A stretch of DNA of 64,000 nucleotides from Epiperipatus broadwayi. Its lineage: Eukaryota; Animalia; Onychophora. The notes beneath the pieces were generated by a model. That model made no database searches. It was not told the origin of the DNA and saw only the letters and a program-made list of their open reading frames with translations. The position numbers and the translations under genes were made by a program. The stretch lies in NCBI GenBank assembly GCA_028023455.1, contig JAQFVV010000005.1, forward strand, positions 10,912,001 to 10,976,000, in the 5' to 3' direction. Positions 39,515 through 52,272 of this stretch are shown here, piece after piece (within the stretch, counting starts at the first letter, position 1; every line of letters starts with the position of its first letter).

Positions 39515-42500
39515 ATGTATACAGTATTATAGATTCAGTAATTATATATATTTTAACTTTATACGTTTTATAATCAAAATACTGAATGCAGCACTAACAT
39601 TGTGTTTTATGAATAAAATATTGTATGTGCTATACAATTACAGCAAAGTCATTACCTGTATATGTATTACAGTAATGTACTTTTGCTTTTGGGTAAAATG
39701 AATTTAAAATACCTATTCTCTGTTGTCATTAGTGACGCAAAATTGAAGATAACTGCCAAAAAAATTGGAAAAAAATTTTTTTCCCCGATTGTTAAAGTGA
39801 ATAATCAATTGTAAATCGAAGTAGTGGGTACAAATTGATGATGATTGCTATTGTGAAATATTGCTAAATAGACAATCACTAAGCATGGTAAAGGTGTATA
39901 TATATATATGCACTTTATTTCATTATTGATAATTTTAAATAAATGTAAGAAAATAAAGAAAGAAATATATTTTAAAAAATATCTTTATTTCACTTAAGTT
40001 TAATCTTTAAAATATAACAACAAAAGGAGTACCATATAACATTTGGAAAATGATGAAAATCATTTGCAGAAGTGATAGATATATATATATTGTGACCTTC
40101 TGAATAGGCACAAGAAACAACTTGTAATTAAATAGCACTGTATCAGTAACAGCTGGTTGCATCTAACTAAAAAAAATGAAATAACCTGAAATTTAAAATT
40201 TTTTTCATTAGTAATCTAAAACTCTAATTAGGCAGCATTTTAAGATATTGTTTGAAAGTTTTGAGATATTTAATATTTTTCTTTAGTAAATATTTAATGA
40301 TAGAAAGGGGGTGGCTTGTCACAGAAGTTGTCAGTGTATAGTTTAAGTTGATCCAAGTTTGGAATTTGTTTTGGTGATTTTCTTGTTCATTTGCTTTTGA
40401 TATTTTAATCCAGTGTAATTAGTGCAATATATTTGGTTAATAGTCATAGAAACTTTTGTTTGGGCCAGATTGGTTTAGTACCTGTAGTACAGCATTTATG
40501 GATGTGCATGTATGCTTGTGCCATCTTTCAACTTCATTTTTCATTCATGTACTTAATTAAACTACCAAATATCATGTTTCACAGTAAAATATTTAATTTC
40601 ATAATCAATATCTTGGATCAACAGTTTAAACACATTTTAAATGAATAGATCAATGGATCAGTGAATTATCCAATAGACAAATACACTATTGATTATTTTA
40701 TTTGCTAAAATAATTTTTTTGTTACTTTAGAAATGTAGAAAAAGACAAAATCATTTTTTTTGTCTTTTCTTTTTCAAGACAGAAAAAGCTTGTTGCAAAT
40801 TTTACACTAATTATCTCACTGCAGTAGGAGGAGTAACCTTTGTTTTTAGAATTGAACTTTTGAGTGACCTTGGATTGGCAGAAGAGATAGATGGTTAAGG
40901 AATTATCAGATATAAAAGGGGGATACTTTTACAAAAAAGGTTGACTCTTCTTTTATTTACAACAATTCTCTCTCCACAAAGGGTTTTTATTACTACAATT
41001 TTCTCTCTACAAATTGGTTCTTCCATAATTCAAACTCAAAACTATAAAGTTATACCAATTTTTTGGATGAAAATAATTAGAAAATTCTTGGCAAGTAAAG
41101 ACTAGGATGCAGACATAAACAACTTTAAAAACAAGATCTAATTGACTAATTTAGATTTAAAATCATCATTTGTAATGCATATATGTCTATATTTCAAATT
41201 TGATTTGCCTAATTTTAATCTCTAATATTAAAGAAATAATTGAAATGTGTGAATTTTCCTATTATTCTGGAAAGTTTATGCTGAACTTTTTCATAAAACA
41301 TTTCAAAGACTCTGTCTAACAATTTCTACTAGCTATAAAGGAGTAAAGTTTAAATGAAAGAATGTGTGCATATAACTTATTGCAACATGCTTTATTATTA
41401 TTATTAACCAGAAATATACTTAACTATTCACATCTTTAGAATTAAGGTACAGAGTGTGTGTCATATAATTGATGAATCACTAACTTATATTTAAATGTGC
41501 TTATAACTAAATGAGTGGAAGAGCATGGATATTAGATGGGAACACTTTTATTTCATTGTCCTCATTTGTAGTTGATTTGCTATTAAAATATATTATCAAT
41601 AAACTTATGTATACTGAAGTGGATATTAGGAATTAATTCGCTATATGCGTTGATGGATGACCTTTGAGAATTTAGCACAAGTGCCTTGACAAGTATAATG
41701 AATTAAATGGTAACTTATCATTAAAAAATATGCAATAATAAATGATTTACTTGCCATTCTTAAGTACCTCACATGCAATGTTTCCAGCAGTTTCAGTAGC
41801 TATTGCTAAGAACTTTTGAAATACTCTTTAATTGGATCCAAATGTTTGTTGTCTCCCTGCAGGAAATTGTTACGTGTTTACTAACTTCTATTATTTTACA
41901 ATTATCATCATCATTTCATACATGACCAAGATGTGTTATTTATGGACTATGTAAATGAACTTTTATGTTCCAGCTAAAGAAGATTAATGATTTTTTTTTT
42001 TTGCATTAGCATATGATAGAATAGGTAGACCAATTATCTGTCTTATATTTTTTTTTATTATTTAATTATTCTTTCTTGAAGTATGTCTCGGAAAAGTATA
42101 ATATTGAGAAATATTGTACTGGGTAATTAATTATTTTAATATAATTTTATTGTATACTTATGTTTCTATAGGCGTGTGTTGTCAACAGAAATATCTGTTT
42201 TCTATTAGGAAGCTAACAGCTCATTTTGAGAAGGGGTAATTGCATAAAATAATGAGGATTATTTAATAATAATTATTATATTTCAAAGTTAAAATATTAT
42301 AATTCATCAGAAATGAGAGATTCATTTTTTTTAAACTTATTATTATTTATTCATTGAAGGTAATTTGAAATTGTTTTATGCATGTATGCCTGTCTGTTGT
42401 TTAATCCATTTATATAATTGTTAAATTAAAAGTTGATTGACTTATTTTTTTAAATTATTTTTGGATGGTGTGATGCGCCAAAAAGAAGTGGAAGGATTAG

Positions 42501-43339
42501 AGATTTATTTAAGAGTGAATTTTTTTTTTTTATGCTTAGATTGAAATGTATTCTGTGGCTATAGAGAAAGCGTTTATGATATATATTGTGATAGGAATTG
42601 AGAGAACTCTCCCTCAATTTATTGAAATATTTGTCATGAGTGGCTTATATTTTTCAGATTAAGTAATTATGTGTTATGATGATTGTATTATGTAAAGTAA
42701 AGTAGTGTATTTCCCTTATTTTTTGGTGATGAGACAAAGTCCACAGGGAGTCACTGTGCTCTGTTATTTACACGATTAGAATTAAGAAAGTCTTCTTATC
42801 CCTCATGTATCCATGTGGAATGTTTTCCACCATTTATTCATAGCCAAGTGTAATGTAGTTTGATAATAAAAAGAAAATAAAAGTAGAATTGATTTCTTTC
42901 ACAGAACATCTGAAGTAGAATTAGTGTTAAAGCTTGGTTAGTATGGCATCATCCATATTATGATATTGTATCTCAATTTCATAAGTAAACCGATTGGATA
43001 TAGCTATGTTAATTATTTTATAACAGGTAGCACAATTCAGACGCATGTATTAAATACTATTAATTCGGAAGGTATGGAGAAAATCTATCATTGATTTGTA
43101 ATTCTTAAATCAATATTTTAAATCCCATCATACTAATTATTTTAAGTTTATATCAATTCTCAGAAAGTTTCATCCTCATTTTGAATGAGCAAGCAAAAGG
43201 AAAGAAAGTGTAGCTAGTTAATAGAATTATTTAACTGATTTATGAAGGATAGCTTGATCTCTTACCCATAGATTTAAACCCTATTGTATTATTTTGATGT
43301 TTTGACTACCCCAATATTGATTTAGTTAGTATAATGTTG

Positions 43340-43850
43340 GAGTTAGCTAATAGCACGTGTATTTTAAGTAAAAATCCCAAGAAGTTTAGTTTCATATTTT
43401 ATTATTTTAGTGCTAGTGTGTATAAATGTTTCTTTTCATAAGCTTATCATAATTGACTAATAGCTTGCATATATTTGAAATAAAATACTAAGAATTTCAG
43501 TTTCATATTGTACTATTTTAGTGCTAGTGTTTATAAATGTTTTTTTCCATAAGTGTATCAGCATTGACTGATAGCTTGTGTATATTTGAAATAAAAAATA
43601 CCAAAAAGTTTAGTTTCATATTTTACTATTTTAGTGCTAGTGTTAATAAAGTTTTCTTTTTCATAAGCATATCAGAATTGACTGATAGCTTGTGTATATT
43701 GAAAATAAAATATATAAAAAAAGTTTAATTCCATATTTAATTATTCTAGTGTAGTATTTATAATGTTTCTTTTCATAAGCTTATCAGAATTGACTTAGAG
43801 CTTGTATATGTTTGGAATAAATGTAAGGAAGTTTATCTTAATATTAGTTA
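43340..43850. repeat. Tandem repeat, ~112-bp unit, ~4.5 copies
   Basis: gtttcatatt anchors at 43389, 43500, 43613, ~43727. Confidence 0.93.
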
Positions 43851-44970
43851 CTCTCATGTAGACTATTCAGTCATTGATATTGGAATTATTCAAAACATGT
43901 ATATGAGTAAATTAGAAATGCAAAATGTTTATTTAATTATATCTTGTAATAAATGTTTTATTTATTTAAAACCTTCTTCAGAATTCTTCTTTGGCATGCA
44001 TTCATGTTCTATGTTTCCACACATGCACACACACTTACATATCCAATATGATATGATTGCACTATTCCAAAATTTAATGGTGAATATCTTCAGATCTGAT
44101 GATGTTGTTTTCTTGATCCAAACATTATAGGAAATGATTGACTATTTAATGATTCTCTGGAAATTTTATTACTCAATTATTATTTAGATGATAAACTGAA
44201 ATCAAAATACACCCCATTTCTTTCATTATATAACTACTACTATTTTATTAGAATAATGCTTAATTTATGTCATTACTTTTATGATGGTAATTAGTAGTTG
44301 TTGTAGAGTATAGATTTAAAGTTAAGCCATACAATAAATTAATTCCCTGAGATATTCCCTTATTATTTTAGATTAGACATTAATTTAGTTATTTATTTTA
44401 AATTACTGTACAATACAGGTTAAATAGTGCTTTATTTTGTATTTAATTTTAACTTACCATACAGTAGAGTTAATCAGTACTACATCATTATTTTATTAAT
44501 TTAATCCTATCATACAGTAATGGTTGTTTGATGCATTTAGATGATGGGAGGAGATGAGGTTAAACTATAACTTGTAAATTTAAATGGTGGAACTTTACCA
44601 ATTTCAATTATTTATTTATTTTAAAAGCTAATAGATATTTTACTCATATTACTTCATAATGTTTCCTCCTATGTTTAGTATGCATTTTACACCTATAGAT
44701 CTCTGTAGCCCCATTTAGCTAAACTATAGTAGTACAGCATTGTAAGAGTCTCAATAATAATTCAAACAAGATCAGACTAGTAGTTTATTCTATGATCAAT
44801 AGAATTGTTGCCCTGGATATTTGTTGATAGGAAAGGTAGAAGAGGTATTGGGGGAGGGTTACAATATATATATATGTTCACTAGATGCAGCTTACCACTA
44901 GCTCCAAACAAACTTTAATTAGAAGTGCCAACGGAGAAAGAATTCAAAATCTCTATCAGAAAATCCTCAT

Positions 44971-45014
44971 CTCCAGACCAATTGTTTTCGAGCTTATGGC
45001 TCACCTCAGTGAAG
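44971..45014 (-). ncRNA. Minimal type-I hammerhead motif, family D (A9U)
   Basis: CUUCA-CUGAGGU-GAGC-CAUAA-GCUC-GAAA-ACAAUUGG-UC-UGGAG: 5-bp stem I, 4-bp stem II, near-palindromic stem III, GUC site. Confidence 0.7.
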
Positions 45015-45343
45015 AATTAGGATTTCAGACACTAGTGAATACATACAAAAATACATAAAAAATTATAATCAATAATTGGAAGTATTTTGTTAATGCAATG
45101 AAAAATAAACTGGAAATATTGCATGTAAAAGATGCATAAAATAGTACTTGTTTAATTTCAAATATAACTTATACATGTGAATATATAAACAGTGAAAACA
45201 CAGAAATATGTATCAAAAAAAAATTTAAATTCTGCAAGAAATAAAATTACATAGGTGCTAATCACAGACTTTTCTAATACTCTGATAATATAAAAATTCC
45301 AGTACCTAGCTACTACATTGCTTAATGACTGAATCATGTAATA

Positions 45344-47829
45344 AAGGAGTGGGCAACAGCCAGCCTGCAGCCCGCCCAGTAAATGCCTAAATATAGGAAA
45401 TCCATACCTGAATACACTCATTGTAAACCGCAATCTCTAGGCCTATTACTCACATGTTCATATAACATTAAACTTTATCCTAATACCATGAAAAATATAA
45501 AATACTAATTATAAAAATTTTATTATAAATTGTGTAAATTATAAATTCTAAAATACCAATTTTATATTACAAAATATAAAAATATGGGCAGAATCACATC
45601 ACAAATAACATTAATTTCTGTTTTTAAATATTGTATATTCTATGCAGCATCAGAGTATTATTTCCTAATTATTATTGTAGCATCAATTGAACAAAGTTCC
45701 TTTGAGTTTAACTTCTTATTGAAAAAAATAATATTGGTGAATGATATCTTAAAAGTAAGTTTATGCCTTTTCTAATTATTACAATTTTTAATTTAATATA
45801 ATTTATAGCCTATAAAATGAGCCAATTAAAAAAAATAAAAATTGATGCCGAATGCTGCATTTTCAATGATAACTGGACATTCAGATATGTATTTACAAAT
45901 ATAGATGATAAAGCTGTTTGTTTGATTGGTAATGAAACTTTCCATTTTTAAAGAAAATAATCTAAAAAGATATTTTTCTTCAAAACATTTCATTAAATAT
46001 AAACTATTTTCACTGGAACTAATGAAAATTGAAACAGAAAAATTAAATGAGGTTTCATACTTTGAAAATTTTGCCAAATACAGATAGAGCTGTGACAAAA
46101 ACTAGTTACATTGTTGCATATAAGATTGCAAAATAATGTAAATCATTTTCTGATGGAGAATTTATGAAAGAATGTTTGAGATATTGCTGAATTATTATGT
46201 CCTGATAAAAAACTGATGTTTGAAAAAATTTCTCTGTCACGAAGAACTCTTGTGAGACAAATTGATAATATTTCAAGTAATTTATAGGATCAATTAAAAT
46301 TGGAAGATTGTACTTACCATGCAATGGCTTTAGATGAGTCATGTGACATTACCAAATTTGAGATAACTTTTAATTTTTATTCGAGGTATAATTCATAGAT
46401 TTGAAATTATGGAGGAATTACTTTCTGCATATCCTATAAAAGACGACTGGAAGATTTTTTTTATAACTCTTCAAGAAACTTTGCAAAAACATAATATAAA
46501 ATGGGACAAAATTGTCAACATCACAACTGATGGGTGTCCTAGTTTGACAGGAAAAAACATTGGATTATTAAAAAGATTAAGCAACAAAATAAAGCGTATT
46601 CCAGAAAAATAGTTTTCTTACATTGTATTATTAATCAAGAAAGCCTTTGCAAGACAGTTCTAAAACTGAAGCATGTTATATCAGTTGTAACAAAAGTAGT
46701 TAATTTTATTCATAGAAGGGCATTAAACCACTGGCAATTCATAACATTTTTGAAAGAAATTGAATGTGATTTGCTTAATCATGCAAATGTTAAAACAATT
46801 TCATGATTTGTTAGATGAAATTGTTAGCTTTAGATGAAATTGTTAGCTTCATAAATGCTAAGGACAAACTGAATAAATTTTGTGAATTAAAAGATGAACA
46901 ATGGCTGAATGACTTTCTTTTCCGTTGATATGTTTTCGCATCAAGATGAATTAAATTTATTATTACAAGGAAAATGACTATTTATTTTTGATATGTATAC
47001 AAATGTCACATCATTTATGAGAAAACTCAAGTTGTTTCCATGATTCAAAAATAAAGTTATCTCACTTTCCAATCTTACAAAAAAGAGAAAAAAACTTGAA
47101 ATGTGATTTTAAGAAATATGAGGTTAAAGTGATTTATTTAATGAATTTACAAGATTTGATGATTTTCAGAAAAATTTTAAAGATCTATCTTTAATAAGCC
47201 TACCATTTAATTTTATTGTCAATAATGCACCACCTTGTATCCAGTTGGAACTGATAAATTTACAATCAAATTTAATATTATAGAATCAATTTGCTGAAAA
47301 ATCAATAACGGATTTTTATGCCTCGATAAATCCAGAAATGTTTTAAAATATTCTGGATAATGCACAGAAATATTTAATATTCTTTGGATCAACATACCTA
47401 TACGAAACTACATTTTCATTATTGAAAAATGCAAACAGCAAAATTAGGTCACGAATAATAGAAAAAAATTTAGAAGTTCTATGAATAGCCACTAATGAAG
47501 TGAATCCCAATTTTGATGAAATCATAAATCAGGAATATTCTAAACTTAATCCCTCACATTACAGTTTTTATTTTCTGCATTTACTTTGTTATCATAACAA
47601 TAAAAATGTTCTAAATTGTAGTTCTTATCTGTACCTATCTATAATCGATTCCTATTTAAGTCATTAAATATTGTATTGACTTTTTAAAAAAGTACATTGA
47701 TAATTTGGTAATTCAAGTAATATAACATTTTTAAGGTTCTGATTTTTTTGTTAAATCATTCAACCTATTCTGACCAGATGATACAAAAAGTTTATTTGGC
47801 CCGCTGATGAAAAAAGTTGCCCATCCCTG
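45344..47829 (+). mobile_element. hAT DNA transposon fossil, SPIN/GTF2IRD2-like transposase
   Basis: TIRs aaggagtgggcaac / gttgcccatccctg; KAVCLI, ENNLKR, ALDESCD, ITTDGCPSLTG, HCIINQE, FGSTYLYETTFS; multiple frameshifts. Confidence 0.92.
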
Positions 47830-48597
47830 ATCTAAATAGCTTTGATTTTCACAAAGCCAATATGTCTTCATAGCACATCTGTAATCCTATAAATCAACTT
47901 TTCCCAATATTCTTCACATACCTAGAATTATTCTTTGCAATAATATTAACATCAAATGAAGGTAAATCAATAATTAGTGATTCACAAAGTTCATTGACAT
48001 CATAAGTCGCACAATAAATAAAAAAGAGTTGGAATTTTTTAAAAAAACACACATTTATGTTTCATACAATCACTTATCCAAATGTATAATGAAAATCATC
48101 AACATTATTACGAAATTTCAAACATTAACTTCTTTAAAGTGAGCTTTAAAGGCGATATTATTGGTTCATGTTTTTCTGTTTATGAAATATTTATTTGTAT
48201 AAGTAATCTTATTTTCACAAAAAAGGAAAACTACACACTTACGTTTAGAATTAAGATGCTACATAGGAGTAATTGATTAGTTAAATAACTTTTTATAGTA
48301 CAAAAAATCCATTATTTTTCTCCCCCCTTTTTTTTTTTTTTTTGCAGAAGAAACTAATAAAATATCTCCTACTTATTTTCCCCAATAAATCTTCTTAATT
48401 GTAGGATTCCAAAAACGAAGGCAAAACAACATTAGCATCAACTGAAGAAACAAGATAAAACTTGCCAATTATTTTCATTAAATTAATTCTTAAATTCTTT
48501 CTCGGCTAATACATCTCTTTCTTTTTGCCATTTTGCAGTTAGCCGACATTTTTGAAGAATAGTGAAAAATTTCGACTTTAACTATCACTAAATAATA

Positions 48598-49303
48598 TGC
48601 AGTATTCAAGGTCAAGCAAGATATACATATGTAAGTTGTATAATAATAAATGTAGAATAAAACTACTAACTTTTAATGTATAACGAATACGTAAAACAAT
48701 AATAATAATTGTATAAATGTAGAATAAAACTTATACTGCAATGTATAATGAATATGTAAATAATAATAATAATTGTATAATAATAAGAGTATATAAAATA
48801 AGAATAATAATTGTATAATAATAAGAGTACAATAATGTAGAATAAAAGTAATAACTGTAAAATATAATGAATATGTAAAATAAGAATAACTATAGTAATT
48901 ATGTATAACGATTGTGTAAAATTGCAATGCTGTTAAATCATAGAAAGCCCAGCTGACCTTATAGGGTCAGAAAACTGTGTAAAATACCATATATGGTGAG
49001 AGATATAAAAATACTGTGTGTATGTGAAAATGTAAGTGAAAACACCATATATGGTTAGGAATGTAAAAGACTCCAGAAGTCTTGAGGGGTGTATAAACCC
49101 CCATAACCTGATCTAATTGTTCTGAGTTTTAATTCAAAGCAGGACTAAGGTTATTATATGCAGGTCACCACGACCTTTTATTATTTATTTACGCCTTATA
49201 ATAGGCAATGTATATAGTTAAAATTATTCGTATTAAACTATAATCTTACCATCTCAATTCTGCCTTTGTCCATTTATTTACTTACTGGTATTAAGACACA
49301 GCA
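48598..49303 (+). repeat. 5' LTR
   Basis: Near-identical to 51531-52272; contains an AAT-rich minisatellite, two CCATATATGG boxes and a TATA-like element. Confidence 0.96.
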
Positions 49304-49569
49304 TATTGGTGCAGTTGACACAGGAATCGAATCTGAAAGAAAGTGGCAGTCAATACAGGAATGGAACTATATTAAAAATTGGCTCGGTCATCATAGGATC
49401 GAATCTGGAAATAATTGCCTAAACAGCAAGCTGAGACAAATCATAAGTGGATTTGAATCAATAGAGAAATGGCAAGCATATCACAAGTTTCTATTTGCGA
49501 ATTTAATGTACAAAATCCGAGTGATTGGCCATTGTAAGTTCAGAGGATCAAAAGCTACTTTATACTAAA

Positions 49570-50071
49570 TAGTATTACCGAGAATACAGTAAAAGTAGCC
49601 TCATTACTTTGCTTCACAGGCAAGAGGGTAATCGAAATAGCGAACAAACTGTGGAAATTCGCCAGAGACACAGAAATATGATCAGCTCGTAACACAGCTA
49701 AATGAATATTTTAATCCCCAGCCATCCAAGTTTATTGCTTGATTGCAGTTTAGAGGCAGAAGGCAAAGAAAGAATAAGAAAACAAAAGAATATGACATTG
49801 GTTTAAGAGAGATGGCAAAGCCACGCCTTTACGGTAAATATTTAGAAGAAGATCTTCTAGAACAGTTATTATACGGAATAATTGATGACCAGTTTAGGCA
49901 GATCTTATTGGCAATAAAAGACCTAACTTACGAGGAGGCTATCAGACAAGGACCAGCTTATGAACTGCTACTTGATCAAGCGAGAGAGTTCAGAAATTTC
50001 ACGAAACCAGAAAATGAAAGTTATCAGAAAATAACCGAGTATCCCAAAAGATGGCACCACCATACAAAGCT
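49570..50071 (+). pseudogene. gag remnant
   Basis: LNEYFNPQPS, QFRGRRQ, LEQLLYGIIDDQFRQILLAIKDLTYEEAI, typical of Gypsy capsid; frameshifted. Confidence 0.75.
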
Positions 50072-50834
50072 GAACAGTAGAATAGCCAAAATAGTGTTTA
50101 ATTGGGTTATGAGTAAAGGGCAGGTAACAAGATGGGTGAGAAAGGTAATGTGGTATGCAAAAGATTTGGATAAAGAATTTATATCAGTATACTTGTATAA
50201 AAGGTGGGATGATTGTGTTAGGAGGATTGTTGAGTGTTATAGTGGTAAGGAATGGGATAAAAGAATAGAAGCATTAATAAAAAATAGGGAGTTGGAGAGA
50301 TGGAGAAGTAGTATGGAGGGTAAGGAGAGTTTAAATATATATAGAAGTAAACGGAATATTGGAAGCGAGTTAATTTATGATAATAGTAATGAAAGTAGTT
50401 TATTGTTTAAGGTTTGAATGGGATCTTTAGCAACAAGAGAATATACATGTAAATGGAAAACTATGGGTGATTTAGCATGCAAATTGGGTAAGGAAGGTAT
50501 AGAAAATATTAGGCATCTGTTTATTGAATTTAAATGCTTGAAAGCAGAAAGGGTACAGATAATGAAGTTATGGGAGAATAGGTATGAACAAAGTGACTAT
50601 ACAGAAAGTGAGTTATTAGTTTTTATGCTGGGTTTGCGAAAAGATAAGGGAGATTTAGATTTAAAGGCCATAGAGTTGACAAAGATTATATTATGGAAAT
50701 GGGATGGGGCAGAATATGGGAAGACTTAGAGTGGGGAATGAAAAATAAAGTGGCTAACAGGTTTATCTGGGCATAATTGCTGAGATATTCTTGACTTCAT
50801 TTAAGGAGAAGCCAGATACATCACATACATACAT
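50072..50834 (+). mobile_element. LINE 3' fragment inside the LTR element
   Basis: Matches the reverse complements of 23072-23345 and 19890-20380; YDNS..SSLLFK motif; ACAT-type tail. Confidence 0.92.
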
Positions 50835-50851
50835 CCCATCACAGAGAATTT

Positions 50852-51530
50852 TTGTGCGAGGCGATGGAAAGTAGCTACATAAAAAGTGCTGCTATAGATG
50901 AAACTGATCAAATTATGATAAATGTAAAACTAATTGGCAAGCCAATAACCATGGAAATTGATAGTGGAGCAGGGATATCACTGATAAAGAGTAAAGATTG
51001 GGAAAGACTAATCCAGAATTTAACATTCCCTCCAAAGATAGAAAAGACTCAACTCAAGGCCTGGGATGCTAATAATAATCCCATAAGGATATTAGGAGTT
51101 GCAAATGTAAAGGTAGAAACAACGAAAACTAAAGAAACACTACCAATATATATCATGAACGGAGATATTAACCCGATCATAGGCTGTGAGTGGTTCACAC
51201 CCCTAGGCATAAAATTATGCGTTATAAAAAAAATTGACATAGAATCACAAGTCAAAAATAATCCCCCCAGCTTGTTCAAAAAAGAACCAGGAAAATTAAA
51301 AGCCTCGCCTGTAGATATAGAGTTAAGAGACAGAGGAAAACCTATTGTAATAAAACCTCGGAAAGTACCTATAGCACAGCAAAAATTGGCACATCGAAAC
51401 CACCATCAACAAACAGTAAATTGGCGAAGCACAGCAAAGACCGCCAGCAACCGGCAAGGACTAGAAATCCACCGTCTCATCTCAAAGACTATGTTAGATG
51501 AAAAACCATACTTCTGGAGTGGGGGAGGAG
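50852..51530 (+). pseudogene. Aspartic protease plus RT N-terminus joined to an integrase C-terminal remnant
   Basis: MEIDSGAGISLI (DSG at 50960); KPRKVPIA then a jump to RTRNPPSHLKDYV in another frame just before the PPT. Confidence 0.85.
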
Positions 51531-52272
51531 TGCAGTATTCAAGGTCAAGCAAGATATACATATGTAAGTTGTATAATAATAAGAGTACAATAATAAATAT
51601 AGAATAAAACTAATAACTTTTAATGTATAACGAATATGTAAAACAATAATAATAATTGTATAAATGTAGAATAAAACTATACTGCAATGTATATGTAAAT
51701 AATAATAATAATTGTATAATAATAAGAGTATGTAAAATAAGAATAATAATTGTATAATAATAAGAGTACAATAATGTAGAATAAAAGTAATAACTGTAAA
51801 ATATAATGAATATGTAAAATAAGAATAACTGTATAGTAATTATGTATAACGATTGTGTAAAATTGCAATGCTGTTAATTCATAGAAAGCCCAGCTGACCT
51901 TATAGGGTCAGAAAACTGTGTAAATACCATATATGGTGAGAAATGTACAAATACTGCGTGTATGTGAAAACGTACATGAAAACACCATATATGGTTAGGA
52001 ATGTAAAAGACTCCAGAAGTCTTCAGGGGTATATAAACCCCCATAACCTGATCTAATTGTTCTGAGTTTTAATTATTAGTCAGAGACTCCTGCCTCTGTA
52101 AGGCCAAAGCAGGACTAGGGTTATTATATGCAGGTCACCACGACCTTTATTATTTATTTATGCCTTATAATAGGTGATGTATATAGTTAAAATTATTCGT
52201 ATTAAACTATAATCTTATCATCTCAATTCTGCCTTTGCCCATTAATTTACTTGCTGGTCTTAAGACACAACA
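51531..52272 (+). repeat. 3' LTR
   Basis: As the 5' LTR, with a ~30-bp segment absent from the 5' LTR. Confidence 0.96.

Larger units (their letters stand above)
48598..52272 (+). mobile_element. Gypsy-type LTR retrotransposon, non-autonomous (RT/RNaseH/integrase deleted)
   Basis: LTRs 48598-49303 and 51531-52272 (TG...CA), perfect TAATA TSD, PBS-like TGG at ~49307, PPT 51516-51530, gag and protease remnants. Confidence 0.96.

Noticed and set aside
40050-40105. C/D snoRNA-like ATGATGA...CTGA
   Set aside because: Too short, no terminal stem; expected by chance in AT-rich DNA.
42724-42750. GUGAUGA-GAC-AAA-GUC
   Set aside because: Hairpin present but not followed by GAAA; core mutated.
48673-51868. 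Tyr/Ile/Leu-rich ORFs 48673-48927 and 51677-51868
   Set aside because: Translations of the AAT-rich minisatellite inside the LTRs.
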